DNA of 64,000 nucleotides from Eledone cirrhosa (Eukaryota): assembly GCA_964016885.1 (NCBI GenBank), contig OZ024741.1, positions 66,216,001-66,280,000 of the forward strand. Reading direction: 5' to 3'. Positions 25,264 to 38,914 of this stretch are shown here, piece by piece. The notes beneath the pieces were generated by a model. The model did not search any database. It had not been told where the DNA came from and worked only from the letters and a program-made list of their open reading frames with translations. A program made the translations under genes and the position numbers. How positions within the stretch are numbered: the stretch's first letter is position 1; each line of letters opens with the position of its first letter.

Positions 25264-26039
25264 TATTCATATTTATTTTAAGTGTTTTGGTTACATATGT
25301 GTTGCTAGATAATAGATCAGGCTTATACATAGCACATGAGTTTTGGAGATCAGCGAGTCAGTTAGCTGGAAATATAATGAAGCTAGAAAACGAGGTATAT
25401 ATAATTGGTTTTTGAAGTTAGTTAAATTAGTGATAGATGCACTATATTTAGCAAATGTTTTTTAGTGTTTTCTGTGGACAGTTATGTATATATTTAGAAA
25501 TGTAGAAAATCTTGAAGGCAGGAAAATAACCATAAACACAGCTTTAGAAAATTGGGTAAAATACATCTATAGATGGAAAAAGTATCAAGCAGCTGCTACA
25601 GAGAATCAAACTCTGTACCACTCAAATTCCAGCTGAGCGCTCTATACCATTGAGCTAAATGAAACCTGACAATAGTTATCATCTAAAATATATATGCTTG
25701 TTTTATGGAATTGTGTACAAGTCATACGCTATGTATCGAGTCAATATACTATTTGGTATTAATAATAATTTTTTATATAGGCACAAGGCCAGCAATTTTC
25801 GGCAGGACGGAAAAGTCGATTAAATCAACCCCAGTGCATGACTGGTACTTTATTTTATCGATCCCGTAAGGATGAAAGGCAAAGTTAACCTTGGCGGCAT
25901 TTGAAGTCAGATCATAAATGGCCGTAACTCTATGCTGCAAAGCATTGCATCCGACCCTCTACCGATACTGCCAATCCACCACCCTCATTTGGTATTAATA
26001 ATGACTTTGTTATTTGCTGCTTATGTCTTTTCTATGATA

Positions 26040-26342
26040 AGAGATGTGAAGGCTCACAATTGTAAGGTCATGAGTTTGATTCCCAGTGGTGTGTTGTGTT
26101 CTTGAGCAAGACATTATATTTCACTTTCTCCAGTCCAATCAGCTGGCAAACATAAGTTGTACCTGTAATTCAAAGGGTTATCATATTGTCACATTCTATG
26201 TCATGCTGAATCTCCCTGAGAGCTACGTTATGGGTATGCATGTCAGTGGAATGTTCAGCCACTTGCACATTAATTTCACAAGTGGGCTGTTCTGTTGATT
26301 ATATCAACTGGAACACTCATTGTCATAACCAACGGAGTGCCA
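26040..26342 (+). mobile_element. tRNA-derived SINE, second family
   Basis: B-box-like gagtttgattccc, gtgttcttgagcaagaca, tail shared with 3125-3250, 41230-41285 and 44525-44700. Confidence 0.65.
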
Positions 26343-27054
26343 GTTATGCTAAGAGATACAACTGGTTACTCTCAGGTCTTGAATACCCCCCCCCCCCCCC
26401 TCAACTTTTCAGATTTTTTTCAACCCCCAGCTAATCTATCTCCAGCGAATAATAATTTTATTTTACATTAAAAAAAACATTATATATGAAAAAATAAGAA
26501 CATTACAAGAAATCCTATATTTACAAACGTACACTATACAATTACCGATTCCTCCCCGCCCCCCTCATTTATAAGAATTTAAGCAAATGTCCACCCACAC
26601 CCCACCCCCGCTTATTCCCCCTATTATTTGTAACCCAAGAGTATGTCATAGAAAGGTTATAAGTGGCAAATAAGGACATGTTAACAATTGCACCAAGTCT
26701 ATACAATACATTACCTTGTAAGGTAAGTGAAACAAGAAAGACATCAATAGTGAGGTCTAAGGCTGATTACTTTTGCATCAATAGTTAATAGACAAACACA
26801 TTCTTTTTATACTTTAATGATGTTTAATTAAATAAAGTAATCATTATATTTGATCTTTTCTACACAGCAACAACAACTCAAATAACAACAATAAAAACAA
26901 CTCAAATAACAACAAAACACGCTGCAATATTTCCTAAATGTCTTCCATGTCTCATGAAACTTAATTTAAACTCTACATAAAAACTACCTTTAAAAATAAT
27001 TTATGAGGTAAAAACATTTCACAGTCAACAAGATGGGTGATAGCAAATGATGAA

Positions 27055-27790
27055 CATTTGGCAGTATCAGTAGAGGGTCGGAAGCCATGCTTTTCAACAT
27101 AGTTACGTCCCTTTACGATCTGAGTTCAAATCCCGCCCAGGTTGACTTTGTCTTTCATCCTTACGGGGTCGATAAAATAAAGTACCAGTAATGCACTGGG
27201 TAATTGCTGGCCTTGTGCCTAAAGTAGAAACAATTAAATTTTTTTAAACAACAAAACAAAAACACCTATATAATTAATATTGATAATTACTTGTAGTTTT
27301 GATTAATTATTTTATATTGTATTATATATATATATATATGTGTGTGTGTGTATGTGTGTGTGTGTGTGTGTGTATACTAGCAGGGAAACTTATGCTAGTC
27401 CCATCAACTTCCTATTATATATTAATTGTTTCTACTTTTGGCACAAGGCCAGCAATTACCCAGTACATTACTGGTACTTTATTTTATCGACCCCGTAAGG
27501 ATGAAAGGCAAAGTTAACCTCGGCGGGATTTGAACTCAGACGGTAAAGGGACGTAACTATGCTAGAAAGCATGGCGTCCGACTCTCTACTGATACTTCCT
27601 ATTATATATTAATGGTGGTGGATTGGCAGTATCGGTAGAGTTTCGAACAACATGCTTTGCAGCATAGAGTTATGGCCCTTTATGATCTGAGTTCAAATCT
27701 TGATGAGGTTAACTTACGGGGTCGATAAAATAAAGTACCAGTAATGCACTGGAATAATTGTTGGCCTTGTGCCAAAAGTAGAAACAATTA
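27055..27790. mobile_element. Cluster of three major-family SINEs (+,-,+)
   Basis: Middle copy 27427-27593 flanked by 20-bp TSD acttcctattatatattaat (27407-27426, 27594-27613). Confidence 0.85.
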
Positions 27791-27808
27791 TTTTTTGCTA
27801 ATGTTTAA

Positions 27809-28130
27809 CCCTTTAGCATTTAAACCGGCCATAACCGGCCAGCAGAATTCCCTCACTTCTTTCTGTTCAAACTGGCTGTAACTAACCCCTCATGTTTAGG
27901 TTGAGGTATTGTTCTCAAAATAAATAATTGTTTCTACTTTAGGCACAAGGCCAGCAATTATCCAGTGCATTACTGGTACTTTATTTTATCGACCCCGTAA
28001 GGATGAAAGGCAAAGTCAAATAAATAATATCAAAATCTCAGATTCAATATTATGTGAGATATTATGTAAGATAAAGCCTTTACAGGCAAAAATACAATAG
28101 TAAATATAGAGTAATATAAATGCTAAAGGG
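27809..28130. mobile_element. piggyBac-type MITE family A containing a truncated SINE
   Basis: TTAA|ccctttagcattta ... taaatgctaaaggg|TTAA; SINE ~27929-28017 with TSD aaataaataat. Confidence 0.85.
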
Positions 28131-28384
28131 TTAATTGTCAAGTAATATTGAGTATTTTACATGCTTGCAAAAGTAATGACTTTTATCTAATTCTGTTGTA
28201 TATAAAGCATTTTAAGTAAGTAAATAAAAAAATAACTGAACAAAAAAACAAACCAGTAAATAAAAAATAAAAGAAGGTATATATATATAGTTGCTGTTAA
28301 TATCATAAGCACAATCTCTTTAGATATTGTTACTCCATTATATTTATCATCAATCTATTACATTTTTAACTCCATTTAAAAAAA

Positions 28385-28830
28385 TATCCAGTCCACCCTG
28401 TGGATGGTCATGATGGTGCCCCAATGAAGAAACACCCAGTCCACCCTGTGGAAGGTCATGATGGTGCCCCAATGAAGAAACACCCAGTCCACCCTGTGGA
28501 AGGTCATGATGGTGCCCCAATGAAGAAACACCCAGTCCACCCTGTGGATGGTCATGATGGTGCCCCAATGAAGAAACACCCAGTCCACCCTGTGGAAGGT
28601 CATGATGGTGCCCCAATGAAGAAACACCCAGTCCACCCTGTGGCTGGTCATGATGGTGCCACAGTGAAAAAGCACCCAGTCCATCCTGTGGCTGGTCATG
28701 CTGGTGCCACAGTGAAAAAGCACCCAGTCCATCCTGTGGCTGGTCATGCTGGTGCCACAGTGAAAAAGCACCCAGTCCATCCTGTGGCTGGTCATGCTGG
28801 TGCCACAGTGAAAAAGCACCCAGTTCACAG
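28385..28830 (+). repeat. 48-bp tandem repeat (~9 units) of the RTE 3'-UTR module
   Basis: Unit ccagtccaccctgtggatggtcatgatggtgccccaatgaagaaacac; followed by ggcgttaggaagaacatccag tail. Confidence 0.95.
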
Positions 28831-29344
28831 ATTATTGAGGCTGGCGTTAGGAAGAACATCCAGGTGTAGAAACCAAGCCAGAAACAAATCCATATGAGCA
28901 AGACACTGTCACCTGACCTGACCTGACCTGACTTTTCTCATAATGTGACAATCCATCTAACTCATACAAGAGCTGACCTCCTTCAAAGATGATGACACAG
29001 GACCGAGATCTCTGGCATTGGTGAAAATCGGCAAAATATTGACCTCAAATATAAGCGAACTCCATTTTACCATCAATTTTTTTTGTCAAATATTTCTCAG
29101 CTTATATAAGAATATGACTTTAGCAAATGTTTATCTTGCAAGCTGAAGCCACCAACTACACTACTGTATCACCTTCATCATTATCATCATAGGAGTTAGA
29201 GCATTGGGCTTGCAATCTAAAGGTTGTGAGTTCAATTCTCAGACCGGATGATGTGTTGTTTCCCTGAGCAAGACAATTTATTTCAAATTGCTCCAATTTA
29301 CTCAGCTGTAGAAATGAGATGATAGGACTGGGGTCCCTATCATT

Positions 29345-29630
29345 CCACTGCAAAGTGGTCGTGGAGGTGCCATGACAAAAAAGCACCCAGCCCACACTGT
29401 AAAGTGGATGTGTAGGTGCCACGGAAAAAAAGCACCCAGCACTCACTGTAAATGAGGTTGGTGTTAGGAAGGGCATCCAACTGTAGAAATCAAGCCAGAA
29501 TCAGTTCCTGTATGAACAAGAGAAGGTAAAACCGACCGGATACTGCCCACAACAGGACAACCTGTCTAACCCATGCTAGCGTGGAAGAATGGACGTTAAA
29601 ACGTTTATGATGATGATCATCATCATCATC
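29345..29630 (+). mobile_element. RTE 3' UTR/SINE-like tail
   Basis: Near identity to 22155-22418. Confidence 0.8.
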
Positions 29631-30287
29631 AACATTTAGCATCTGCTTTCCACGCTGACATGGGTTGCACAGGTTGTTATATTCTTTACGGAAACTAGCT
29701 GCCACAGATAGAACCCTCTTGCTCCTCATGTATGTATGAATATCTTATCAAATAGTCCCTTTAACATGATAATGTCTGATCCCTAACATGTTGTTGTTGG
29801 TGTTGATAGTAAGATGGCTAAAAGTAAAGGATAGAAAGATAACTAGTGTGTTTAAATCACCTATATGTGCTTAAATGTATGTGTGTGTGTATGTTTATAT
29901 GTATATATGTATGTGTGTATGTATACAAATGTATGTATATATGCGTGTATGTATATATATATATATGCATGTATGTATATATGTATTTGTGGGTGTGTAT
30001 GTATGTGTACGAATGTATATATGTGTGCATGTATTTAGATATGTATGTATCTATGTGTACGAATGTGTTTGTGTGTATGTATATGTGCATGTATGTATAG
30101 ATGTATCTATGTGTACGAATGTATGTATTTGTGTGCATACATGTGTGTGTGTGTGTATGTCTATAATGTGAGGATGGAAGGAAAGAAAGGAGTTTGATAG
30201 TTAGGGAGAAGTGATAATGAGTGTGTTGGGTGTGTATAGGGAGATGATGTCAATAATATCTCAAATGGCAATGAACCTTAATGTAGT

Positions 30288-30860
30288 GGTAGTGGTGGTT
30301 GTGATATTTAGTTGTAGTGGTGGTGGTGGTTGTGGTGATGTTTAGTTGTGGTAGTGGTGGTTGTGATATTTAGTTGTAGTGGTGGTGGTGGTTGTGGTGA
30401 TGTTTAGTTGTGGTAGTGGTGGTTGTGATATTTAGTTGTAGTGGTGGTGGTGGTTGTGGTGATGTTTAGTTGTGGTAGTGGTGGTTGTGATATTTAGTTG
30501 TAGTGGTGGTGGTGGTTGTGGTGATGTTTAGTTGTGGTAGTGGTGGTTGTGATATTTAGTTGTAGTGGTGGTGGTGGTTGTGGTGATGTTTAGTTGTGGT
30601 AGTGGTGGTTGTGATATTTAGTTGTAGTGGTGGTGGTGGTTGTGGTGATGTTTAGTTGTGGTAGTGGTGGTTGTGATATTTAGTTGTAGTGGTGGTGGTG
30701 GTTGTGGTGATGTTTAGTTGTGGTAGTGGTGGTTGTGATATTTAGTTGTAGTGGTGGTGGTGGTTGTGGTGATGTTTAGTTGTGGTAGTGGTGGTTGTGA
30801 TATTTAGTTGTAGTGGTGGTGGTGGTTGTGGTGATGTTTAGTTGTGGTGGTGGTGGTTGT
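30288..30860. repeat. 62-bp GT-rich minisatellite, ~9 near-identical units
   Basis: gtgatattta recurs at 30301, 30363, 30425 ... 30797. Confidence 0.95.
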
Positions 30861-32339
30861 GGTGATAGTGATGTTTAGCTGTAGTAGTGTTGGTGATGGT
30901 GGTGGTGGTAGTGGTGTTGGTGTTGATGTTGGTGGAGGTGTTGGAGGTATTGTTATTGGTGGTGATGGCAGTAGTGATGCCAGATTAGGTGGTTGATATC
31001 ATGTATGGGGGTGGTTTTTATCTAATAGCTGTGGTGGTAGTGGGAAGTGACAACAATAGTATAATAACCATGGTATATGTGGTGGTGGTGGTGGTGTTAT
31101 TAGCACTATAATAAACATATATATAGTGTTGGTGTTAGTCGTAAAAGTACAATGGTATAGTTAGTGATAGGCATAGAAATAGAAGTAAGAATTGGAAACA
31201 AACACATAACTAGATAATCATCATCATCATCATCATTTTTATATTCGTTTCCCCAAACTTGCATGGGTTGGACGGGTCCTTTTCAGTACAGTATCTCTCC
31301 ACTCACCGCGTTCCTTTGTCATCTCTGTGAATCTCAGTAATATGACTTTATATGTCATATGAGTGCACACTGTGAATGAGTACAAATGCCTGTAATAAAA
31401 GTTAGTGTGAGTTCATGTGCACATATATGGGTGTTTATAAGAGTGTTATGTGCCAGAGTATGTATCTACATGTGTTTTAAGTGCCAGAATATGTGTGTAC
31501 ATGTGTTAAATGCCTGAGTGTGTAGGTGACTGTATGTATACATTGATGGATGTGTATCTGTGCACATGTGTTAATTGCCTGAGTTTGTAAGTGAATGTAT
31601 GTATCTATGTATGTGTGTGTTAAGTGCTTGTGTGTGTGCATGTAATGAATTCACAGTCATTACTCTGCTAGAGCATAGGACAAAATACCTTGCAGTCTGA
31701 GTTCAAATCTGTACATTTTTTTCCATCTCTAGTTGGTACTTCACCTGATTTATTCAACTGTTATTGAGTTATCAACTATATATTATAAAAGGGCAGTGGA
31801 TTGATAGAATCGGTAGAGCGTCAGACAACATGTTTAGTGGCATAGAGTTATGGCCCTTTGCGTTCTGAATTCAAATCCTGCCACGGTTTGCTTTGCATTT
31901 TTATCCTTTCGGGTCGATAAAATAAAATACCAGTAATGCACTGGGGTCAATTTAATCGACTTTCCCCTTCCCCAAGGTTGCTGGCATTGTGCCTAAATCA
32001 GAAACTATTATTATAGTTATCTGCATTGTGGAAACTATATTTTCAAATTGTTTAATGTATCCTTGCCTTCTTTTAAAAGATTGTGGAGTGTGATTTGAGG
32101 GTAATTTGGTTGTTATTTCTAACAATATCAGCAATACTATAGAAGCTTTCATGTTGACTTATTCACCATATCAATATATTTGCATATCTACTTGTGTATT
32201 TTGTTTATGAAAAAAGGTTATTTTTACTTCAGTTTTTTACTGTATATTTTTTTCTATAATTTAATCAGCGAGAGAGGGACAATGTTTATGACCTTTGCAA
32301 GCCCTTGAGAAAGGGGAGCTTCATATGGTTATTGTTTAA

Positions 32340-32546
32340 CTCTTAACATCCTGTACGAAACTGCATTATTTACATGACATTCTTGAAAACTATAAAATTG
32401 TATCGTGTCAAAAATTAAAGTTTTTCCTTTAGTTTACAGCAGATTTTCACAACTTGTCCAGGACTAACAATACTGTAATAAATATTTGAATTAACAAACC
32501 CAGTTTTTAGATATTTTTAGCTAAATCATTACAGGATGTTAAGAGC
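32340..32546. mobile_element. TTAA-type MITE, family C
   Basis: TIRs ctcttaacatcctgta / tacaggatgttaagag. Confidence 0.65.
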
Positions 32547-34248
32547 TAATACTGCAAATTTTCCCAACAATCTGTCCAATAGTAAAGATACTTAAAGCAG
32601 TTGAAACCATAGGAGGTACTTGCAACTCTTCTGACCACGCCTTTAGAAGGAGCTAATTGACATTTTTCTGACTATCCCAATTAATTAATGAATAATTTTG
32701 AAAGGTTTACAAACATTATTAATCATTTCATTAATAAGATAGTAATAATTAATAATTTTTGTAAATCCTTCATTAATAATTAATTATTATTTCATTACTA
32801 AGATAGTAAGAAATGAAGGTGCATGGCCTAGTGGTTAGAGTGCTTTTTATTATGATTCTTGAACAAAACACTTCATTTCACTTTGCTCCAGTACACTCTG
32901 CTGAGTTGGGGGGGGGGGGGGGGGTTAACCTAGATATGAACTAGCATCCTCTTCAGGTGGAAATCTTGTATTCTTTCTTAGTCATTTAATGCCAAGAAAA
33001 CTGGGATAAGGACTGGCTTCCATTTTGTTATATTTTGTTTTATGTAATACAACACGTTAAGAGTTTATCAGTTGAAATAGAATGTATTTCATTAAAAATT
33101 TAGTCATAAAAGGGATAGTCAGCTCTTTCTAAAGGTGTGATTAGAAGAGTTGGAAGCACCTCCTATGGTTTCAATTGCTATGATGAACTAATGTAGCAGT
33201 CTCTACATGATTGCTCAATCAGCAAGAAATAGTAGGAAATTCTCCCTCAAATTACACCCTACTGTCAACCCATTTGATACCAAGTTGACCAAAACTGGCT
33301 CTGGTTCTATGAAACAAAACCATCAATTTTAAAGGGTTCCTATTTAAATTTAAATTTTCGAACTTAATTTTATATCAGTATCACATGTTAAGTTACTATC
33401 TTTAAAAGTCTAAAATCTGAGCAAGCCTGAAAAAATCAGTTAAATCACACTTAAAACATACCCCATTGTCTTAAACAGATTTATTGGGTAATGTATGCAT
33501 TACCCAACAGAGTCAATTTCTTCCAGAAAAAGTGAGATAGTGAGAGAGAGAGGAAGTGAGAAATCAACTCCTTGTATTTTATTTATTAACCTCAAAAGGA
33601 TGAAGGGTAAAGTTGACCCTGATTGAATTTGAACTTGGAGAGTGCAGAGAGCTGGAAGGAATACTGCAAATCATTCTAGCCAACATTCTAATGACTCTGC
33701 CAATTCATTGCACATTGGGTAATGTACTCCAAGATAAACAAAACAATGAGATGATCATTGGTGAAACACCTTTGATCAGGTCTAACTCAGGTTAAACAAT
33801 AATGGTTTCTAATTTTGGCACAAGGATAGAAATTTGGTTTCACATTCTTAGAAACAACCAAACTACATTTTCCAACATCTTTCTTGGTTTGTGATCTCAA
33901 TAACATTGTCCAGTATGTGACTGGTACATTATTTTATCCAGCCTGGATGGAAGACAAAGTTGATTTCAATAAAGGACTTCAATTATTTTTATGCAATCAA
34001 AGTGTTATTTCATACTTTTCAGGATTGTTTTGCTAATATGGTTTCACACGGTATATGACATTAAAAGTTAAATAAGGGTAGCAGATTTTTGCACATTCAT
34101 CAAAGCACCAAGCATGCTTTGATAGATGAGCAATATTAATGGGCATGAAGAACGAAGCATGGATGAGGTGCAAAAAAGTTGGCTATAAGAATCAGATGTA
34201 TCATACAGACAGTGCCAGGTTTAGGACAATGAGGGCCTATGCTAGTTA

Positions 34249-34413
34249 CCGTATTTCCCAGCGTCGAAGATGCTACTTTTTTTCTAAAATAAGTCTCAAA
34301 AATCTACAATGTGTCCTGGAGTCCAAAGGTTGTTTCTTTTTTTTCCAAATTTTTTGTTGTTAAAATTAGGGTATGTCCTTGAGGACGAAGCGTCTTCGGC
34401 GCCGGGAAATACA
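34249..34413. mobile_element. Tc1/pogo-type MITE
   Basis: TA|ccgtatttcccagcgtcgaagatgc ... gcgtcttcggcgccgggaaatacag|TA. Confidence 0.7.
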
Positions 34414-35397
34414 GTAAGTTATGAAGCCCCAAACACTTGAAAAATTCATTGTAAAAAGATTTTTTTACGGGGCCCTGTGCTTACATAAGCACACATAAGC
34501 ACACCTAAGCACAATGGTAAATCTGCCACTGTGTACAGAAGAGAACACTGCGCTGATATGGACATGCAATGTGTATGAATGACAATCCTAGTGGAAGGAA
34601 GCTACAGTAGAGAGAGTCCAAGGAAAACTTGGATAGAGGTTATGAGAGCTGATTTCAGATCGTTGAAGCTCACAGAGGAGATAATAAAGAGTGAAGGAAT
34701 GATGATGTGTAGAAGGATGCTGAGTTGGAAAAGACCCATCCAATCCATGGACAAATGTATGTAAAACAGTGATGATGATGATGATGATGATTTCTGACAT
34801 ATCATCAACTCTATTATTGACATAATTTCTACTGTCTATTTTCTGTCAATTTCTCTAATATGGTCATCAATTTAGAACCAACCTTATTCTGGTATTATCC
34901 TTATATCTGTGGTTTCACATTCTTAGAAATAACAAAACCACATTTTCCAACATCTTTTGTTTTTGATCTCAAATTCAGGGAGTTATACTGAAACACCCAA
35001 TTCAGATCTGTATTGAAACCTGTTAATATACATTATAGACATCTATATAAACTACCATCACTACCATTACAACTACTATCACCACTACCACCAATCAGTA
35101 AGACAATTTCAAGGTAATTTGGCACTTAGCCAGTAAGATGTCTATCCTCCTTTCACATAAGATATATATATATCCTACCCATGCTAGTATGGAAGATGGA
35201 CGTTAAATGATGATGATATATATGTGTGTGTATTTATATATATATGTATATTTATATATATATATACATGTATATTTATATATATATGTATATTTATATG
35301 TATATTTATATGTATATATTTATATTTATATGTATATTTATTTATATGTATATTTATATATATGTATATTTATATATATATGTATATTTATATATAT

Positions 35398-37619
35398 AAC
35401 AAATGGGAGAAAGACAGTCTCCCCCAGATCGATCCAATAGAGGGACCAGCAGTGTTAGTTGAAGGTAGTATAATAAGTAAGGCAATCAAAGATATGAAGA
35501 CGGGTAAGGCGGCTGGGCCTTCGGAAATAGTTGCTGAGATGCTGGAGGCATCTGGTTCGGTGGGACACACCATGGTCACCCGGATAGTTAACCAAGTCGT
35601 ACAGAATGGGGTTATTCCGAAGGAATGGCGTAGCAGCATCATCATTAACTGCTACAAGGGTAAAGGAGATGCCCTAGATAGGAGTAACTATAGAGGCATT
35701 AAATTAATCGACCAGGTCATGAAGGTCACGGAAAAAGTAATAGCGCAACTAATCAGAGAGAGAATTGATCTAGATGAAATGCAGTTCGGGTTTGTGTCAG
35801 GCAAAAGTACCACAGACGCTCTTTTCATTGTACGACAACTACAGGAGAAGTACCTAGCTAAAAGTAAACCCCTATACTTAGCTTTCGTCGACTTGGAGAA
35901 AGCCTTCGACAGAGTCCCCCGTTCCATTATCTGGTGGTCTCTTAGAAAACTAGGTGTTGACGAATGGCTTGTGAGAGCTATACAAGCCATGTATAAAGAA
36001 ACAGTCAGTAAGGTTAGAATTAACAACGAATATAGTGAAGAGTTTAGCGTAAAAGTTGGTGTCCATCAGGGCTCTGTTCTTAGCCCCCTACTATTTATTA
36101 TTGCCCTTCAGGCTATAACAGAGGAGTTCAAGACCGGCTGCCCATGGGAACTCCTATACGCAGATGATCTAACGCTCATAGCTGAATCAATGACCGAACT
36201 AGAGAAGAAATTCCAAACATGGAAGCACGGCCTAGAATCAAAAGGCCTTAAAATTAACCTGGCTAAGACTAAAGTTCTAGTTTGTAGGAAAGAAAATAAG
36301 GCGGCGGTCCCATCGGGGAAATGGCCATGCTCAGTGTGTAGGAAAGGCGTAGGTAGAAACTCCATTTTATGTCCCAAATGCAAAGTATGGGTGCATAAAA
36401 GATGTAGTGGGATCACAGGTAAGCTAACTAAGAACATAGATTTTACATGTGGCCGGTGCTCTGGTGCAATAAGTAGCAGCAAGTGCCCACAAAATACTAG
36501 CTCCTTCAACTGCGCAGAGGGTTCTATAGAAATAGTGGACAGCTTCCGTTATCTGGGTGACAAAATCAGCAGTGGGGGAGGGTGCTCTGAAAGTACAGTA
36601 GCTAGAGTCAGCACTGGATGGAAAAAGTTCAGAGAGCTTATACCACTATTAGCCGCTAGAGGGTTCTCCCTAAAAATGAAAGGCAGGTTATACGATGCCT
36701 GCATACGAACAGCAATGCTGCATGGCAGTGAGACCTGGGCATTGTGTGCAGAGGATATACGCAGACTAGAGAGGAACGAAGCTTGCATGCTCCGCTGGAT
36801 GTGCAATAGTAATATACGTGAACGGCAAAGCATAAACGAACTAAGGAAAAAATTAGAAATAAGAGGGATCAGATGTTGTTTACTCGAGAGAAGGCTACGT
36901 TGGTACGGTCACGTGATGCGCATGAAAGACGACAGCTGTATAACAAAGTGCAGGGCAATAAAGATAGACGGTAGCCACGGAGTAGGCAGACCCAGAAAAA
37001 CATGGGACGAGCTGATAAATTCCGACCTCACACGCTTACACCTCTCCAAGACAATGTCACTGGACCGAGACCTTTGGCGGTACTCAGTAATAGAGAAGAC
37101 CCGCCTTACCTAAATACAAAGTAAAAACCTACTACAGTCAGTAGGCATCTCTATCAAAACACACCCCCGTCCCACCACCTCCACCCCACCCACACCGCCC
37201 CTTTCAATGTAAAGTTATGTTGGTCCCACAACATCCAGGCCGAAACAAATGAGATCGTGTAGGTGTCACGACAAAAAACACACAGTCCACGCTGTAAATG
37301 TGGCCGTGTAGGCAACACGGTAAAAACCTCCCAGCCCCACACTGTAAATGTGGTTGGTGTTAGGAAGGGCATCCAGCTGTAGAAAACCCGCCAGACAGTC
37401 CACGCTGTAATGTGGCCGTGTAGGCAACACGGTAAAAACCTCCCAGCCCCACACTGTAAATGTGGTTGGTGTTAGGAAGGGCATCCAACTGTAGAAAACC
37501 CGCCAGACAGTCCTATGCGAGCAAGACAACCACTCTTGCCTCAAGTGGGAAAACCCCGTCCAAACCCATGCAAGCGTGGAACACGGACGCTAAACCTGAT
37601 GATGATGATGATGATGATG

Positions 37620-37620
<1 letters not shown>
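35398..37620 (+). mobile_element. 5'-truncated RTE-clade LINE inserted in an AT microsatellite
   Basis: Uninterrupted RT ORF, 3' UTR, (GAT)n tail; similar tatatttatatatatg flanks on both sides. Confidence 0.97.
35401..37113 (+). CDS. RTE reverse transcriptase (N-terminally truncated) with internal C4HC3 PHD-like finger
   Basis: [53 protein letters not shown]; the N-terminal 59 aa of the predicted ORF are only translated microsatellite. Confidence 0.9.
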   Translation, partial: KWEKDSLPQIDPIEGPAVLVEGSIISKAIKDMKTGKAAGPSEIVAEMLEASGSVGHTMVTRIVNQVVQNGVIPKEWRSSIIINCYKGKGDALDRSNYRGIKLIDQVMKVTEKVIAQLIRERIDLDEMQFGFVSGKSTTDALFIVRQLQEKYLAKSKPLYLAFVDLEKAFDRVPRSIIWWSLRKLGVDEWLVRAIQAMYKETVSKVRINNEYSEEFSVKVGVHQGSVLSPLLFIIALQAITEEFKTGCPWELLYADDLTLIAESMTELEKKFQTWKHGLESKGLKINLAKTKVLVCRKENKAAVPSGKWPCSVCRKGVGRNSILCPKCKVWVHKRCSGITGKLTKNIDFTCGRCSGAISSSKCPQNTSSFNCAEGSIEIVDSFRYLGDKISSGGGCSESTVARVSTGWKKFRELIPLLAARGFSLKMKGRLYDACIRTAMLHGSETWALCAEDIRRLERNEACMLRWMCNSNIRERQSINELRKKLEIRGIRCCLLERRLRWYGHVMRMKDDSCITKCRAIKIDGSHGVGRPRKTWDELINSDLTRLHLSKTMSLDRDLWRYSVIEKTRLT

Positions 37621-37654
<34 letters not shown>

Positions 37655-38538
37655 TATGTATATTTATATATATGTATATTTATATATAATAAGGGTTGAC
37701 GGACCCAGCATATTTATATATATGTATATTTATATATGTGTGTATTTATATGTGTGTGTGGTGGGTGTGTATTTATATATATATAGATAGATAGATATAT
37801 AAACACACATACCAGTTGTACTAATGACATGTAGGCAAGATAACAGTGGGGGTGAAATAGTTCAGTAACCCAACTTAACATATAAACAAAAAGAACAACA
37901 TCAACAACAACAATAATAACAATAACAATAATAATAATAATTGTTTCTACTTTAAGCACAAGGCCAGCAATTACTCAGTGCATTACTGGTACTTTATTTT
38001 ATCGACCCCGTAAGGATGAAAGGCAAAGTCAACTTCGGCGGGATTTGAACTCAGATCGTAAAGGGACGTAACTATGCTGGAAAGCATGGCATCCGACCCT
38101 CTACCGATACTGCCAATCCACCACCCTTAACAATAAATTGTGTCTAAACCAATATGATTTACCAGAACAGAAGCTGAGAACTGGAAGAAAAATACTTTAA
38201 ACTGAAGGCTGAACATGATTTATGATTTCTTTAGCTTTAGAGTCACATATGTTTTGGAATATTCCAATGTTACTAAAACCAGTCGTCCAGGGTGTATAAA
38301 CAGACTAAACGGGAAAAAATGCTGATACGCATCTTTTTCCGTTTAGTGGACTTATATGTCTACTTCAATTTTCTCATTATTTAATGTATCCTTTCCTCTT
38401 TATATTTAAAGACAGGAGATAATGATTTGAGGAAATATAGCTGCTATTCCTAGCAGATACCATAACTGCATAGAGTGTATTTCGAAAGCTTTGGTGAAAT
38501 TTAGAAAAGTTCATAAGCTGTGAAGAGATGAACTTTAC

Positions 38539-38590
38539 CAGAATAGAGAGCCTGAGGCTGATTCAAGGTACTAACTAGTTCTGTAAATTC
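38539..38590 (-). CDS. Candidate 52-nt exon of an unknown host gene
   Basis: Minus strand attgtttcAG|gaattt...tattctg|GTaaag; open frame EFTELVSTLNQPQALYS. Confidence 0.25.
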
Positions 38591-38914
38591 CTGAAACAAT
38601 GCCAAGTCAATAGTTATAGAAATGCAGCATCTGTGGAAATCCTCTTTAGTGCAAGATGCTGCTGTGAAGAGAAGATAGAAGCAAAGGTTAAAGCTGTAAT
38701 CGTTCTCAATTCTTTAGCTTGTGTGTTGTAATACATTCCTGGAACACCTACTTCCAGCCCATATTTCAATTTAAAAAAACTGTTAATCATAATAATATGT
38801 CGTGTGTGTTTGTATATTTATATATTTATCTCTATTTGTAACACTTGGTAATTTACACACACAAATATACGCATAATCATCACTATCGTTTAATGTCTAC
38901 GACAAAAAGCGCCC

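Noticed and set aside
35224-35400. N-terminus of the 629-aa ORF and the many YIYI/CVCV/THTH ORFs
   Set aside because: Translated microsatellites
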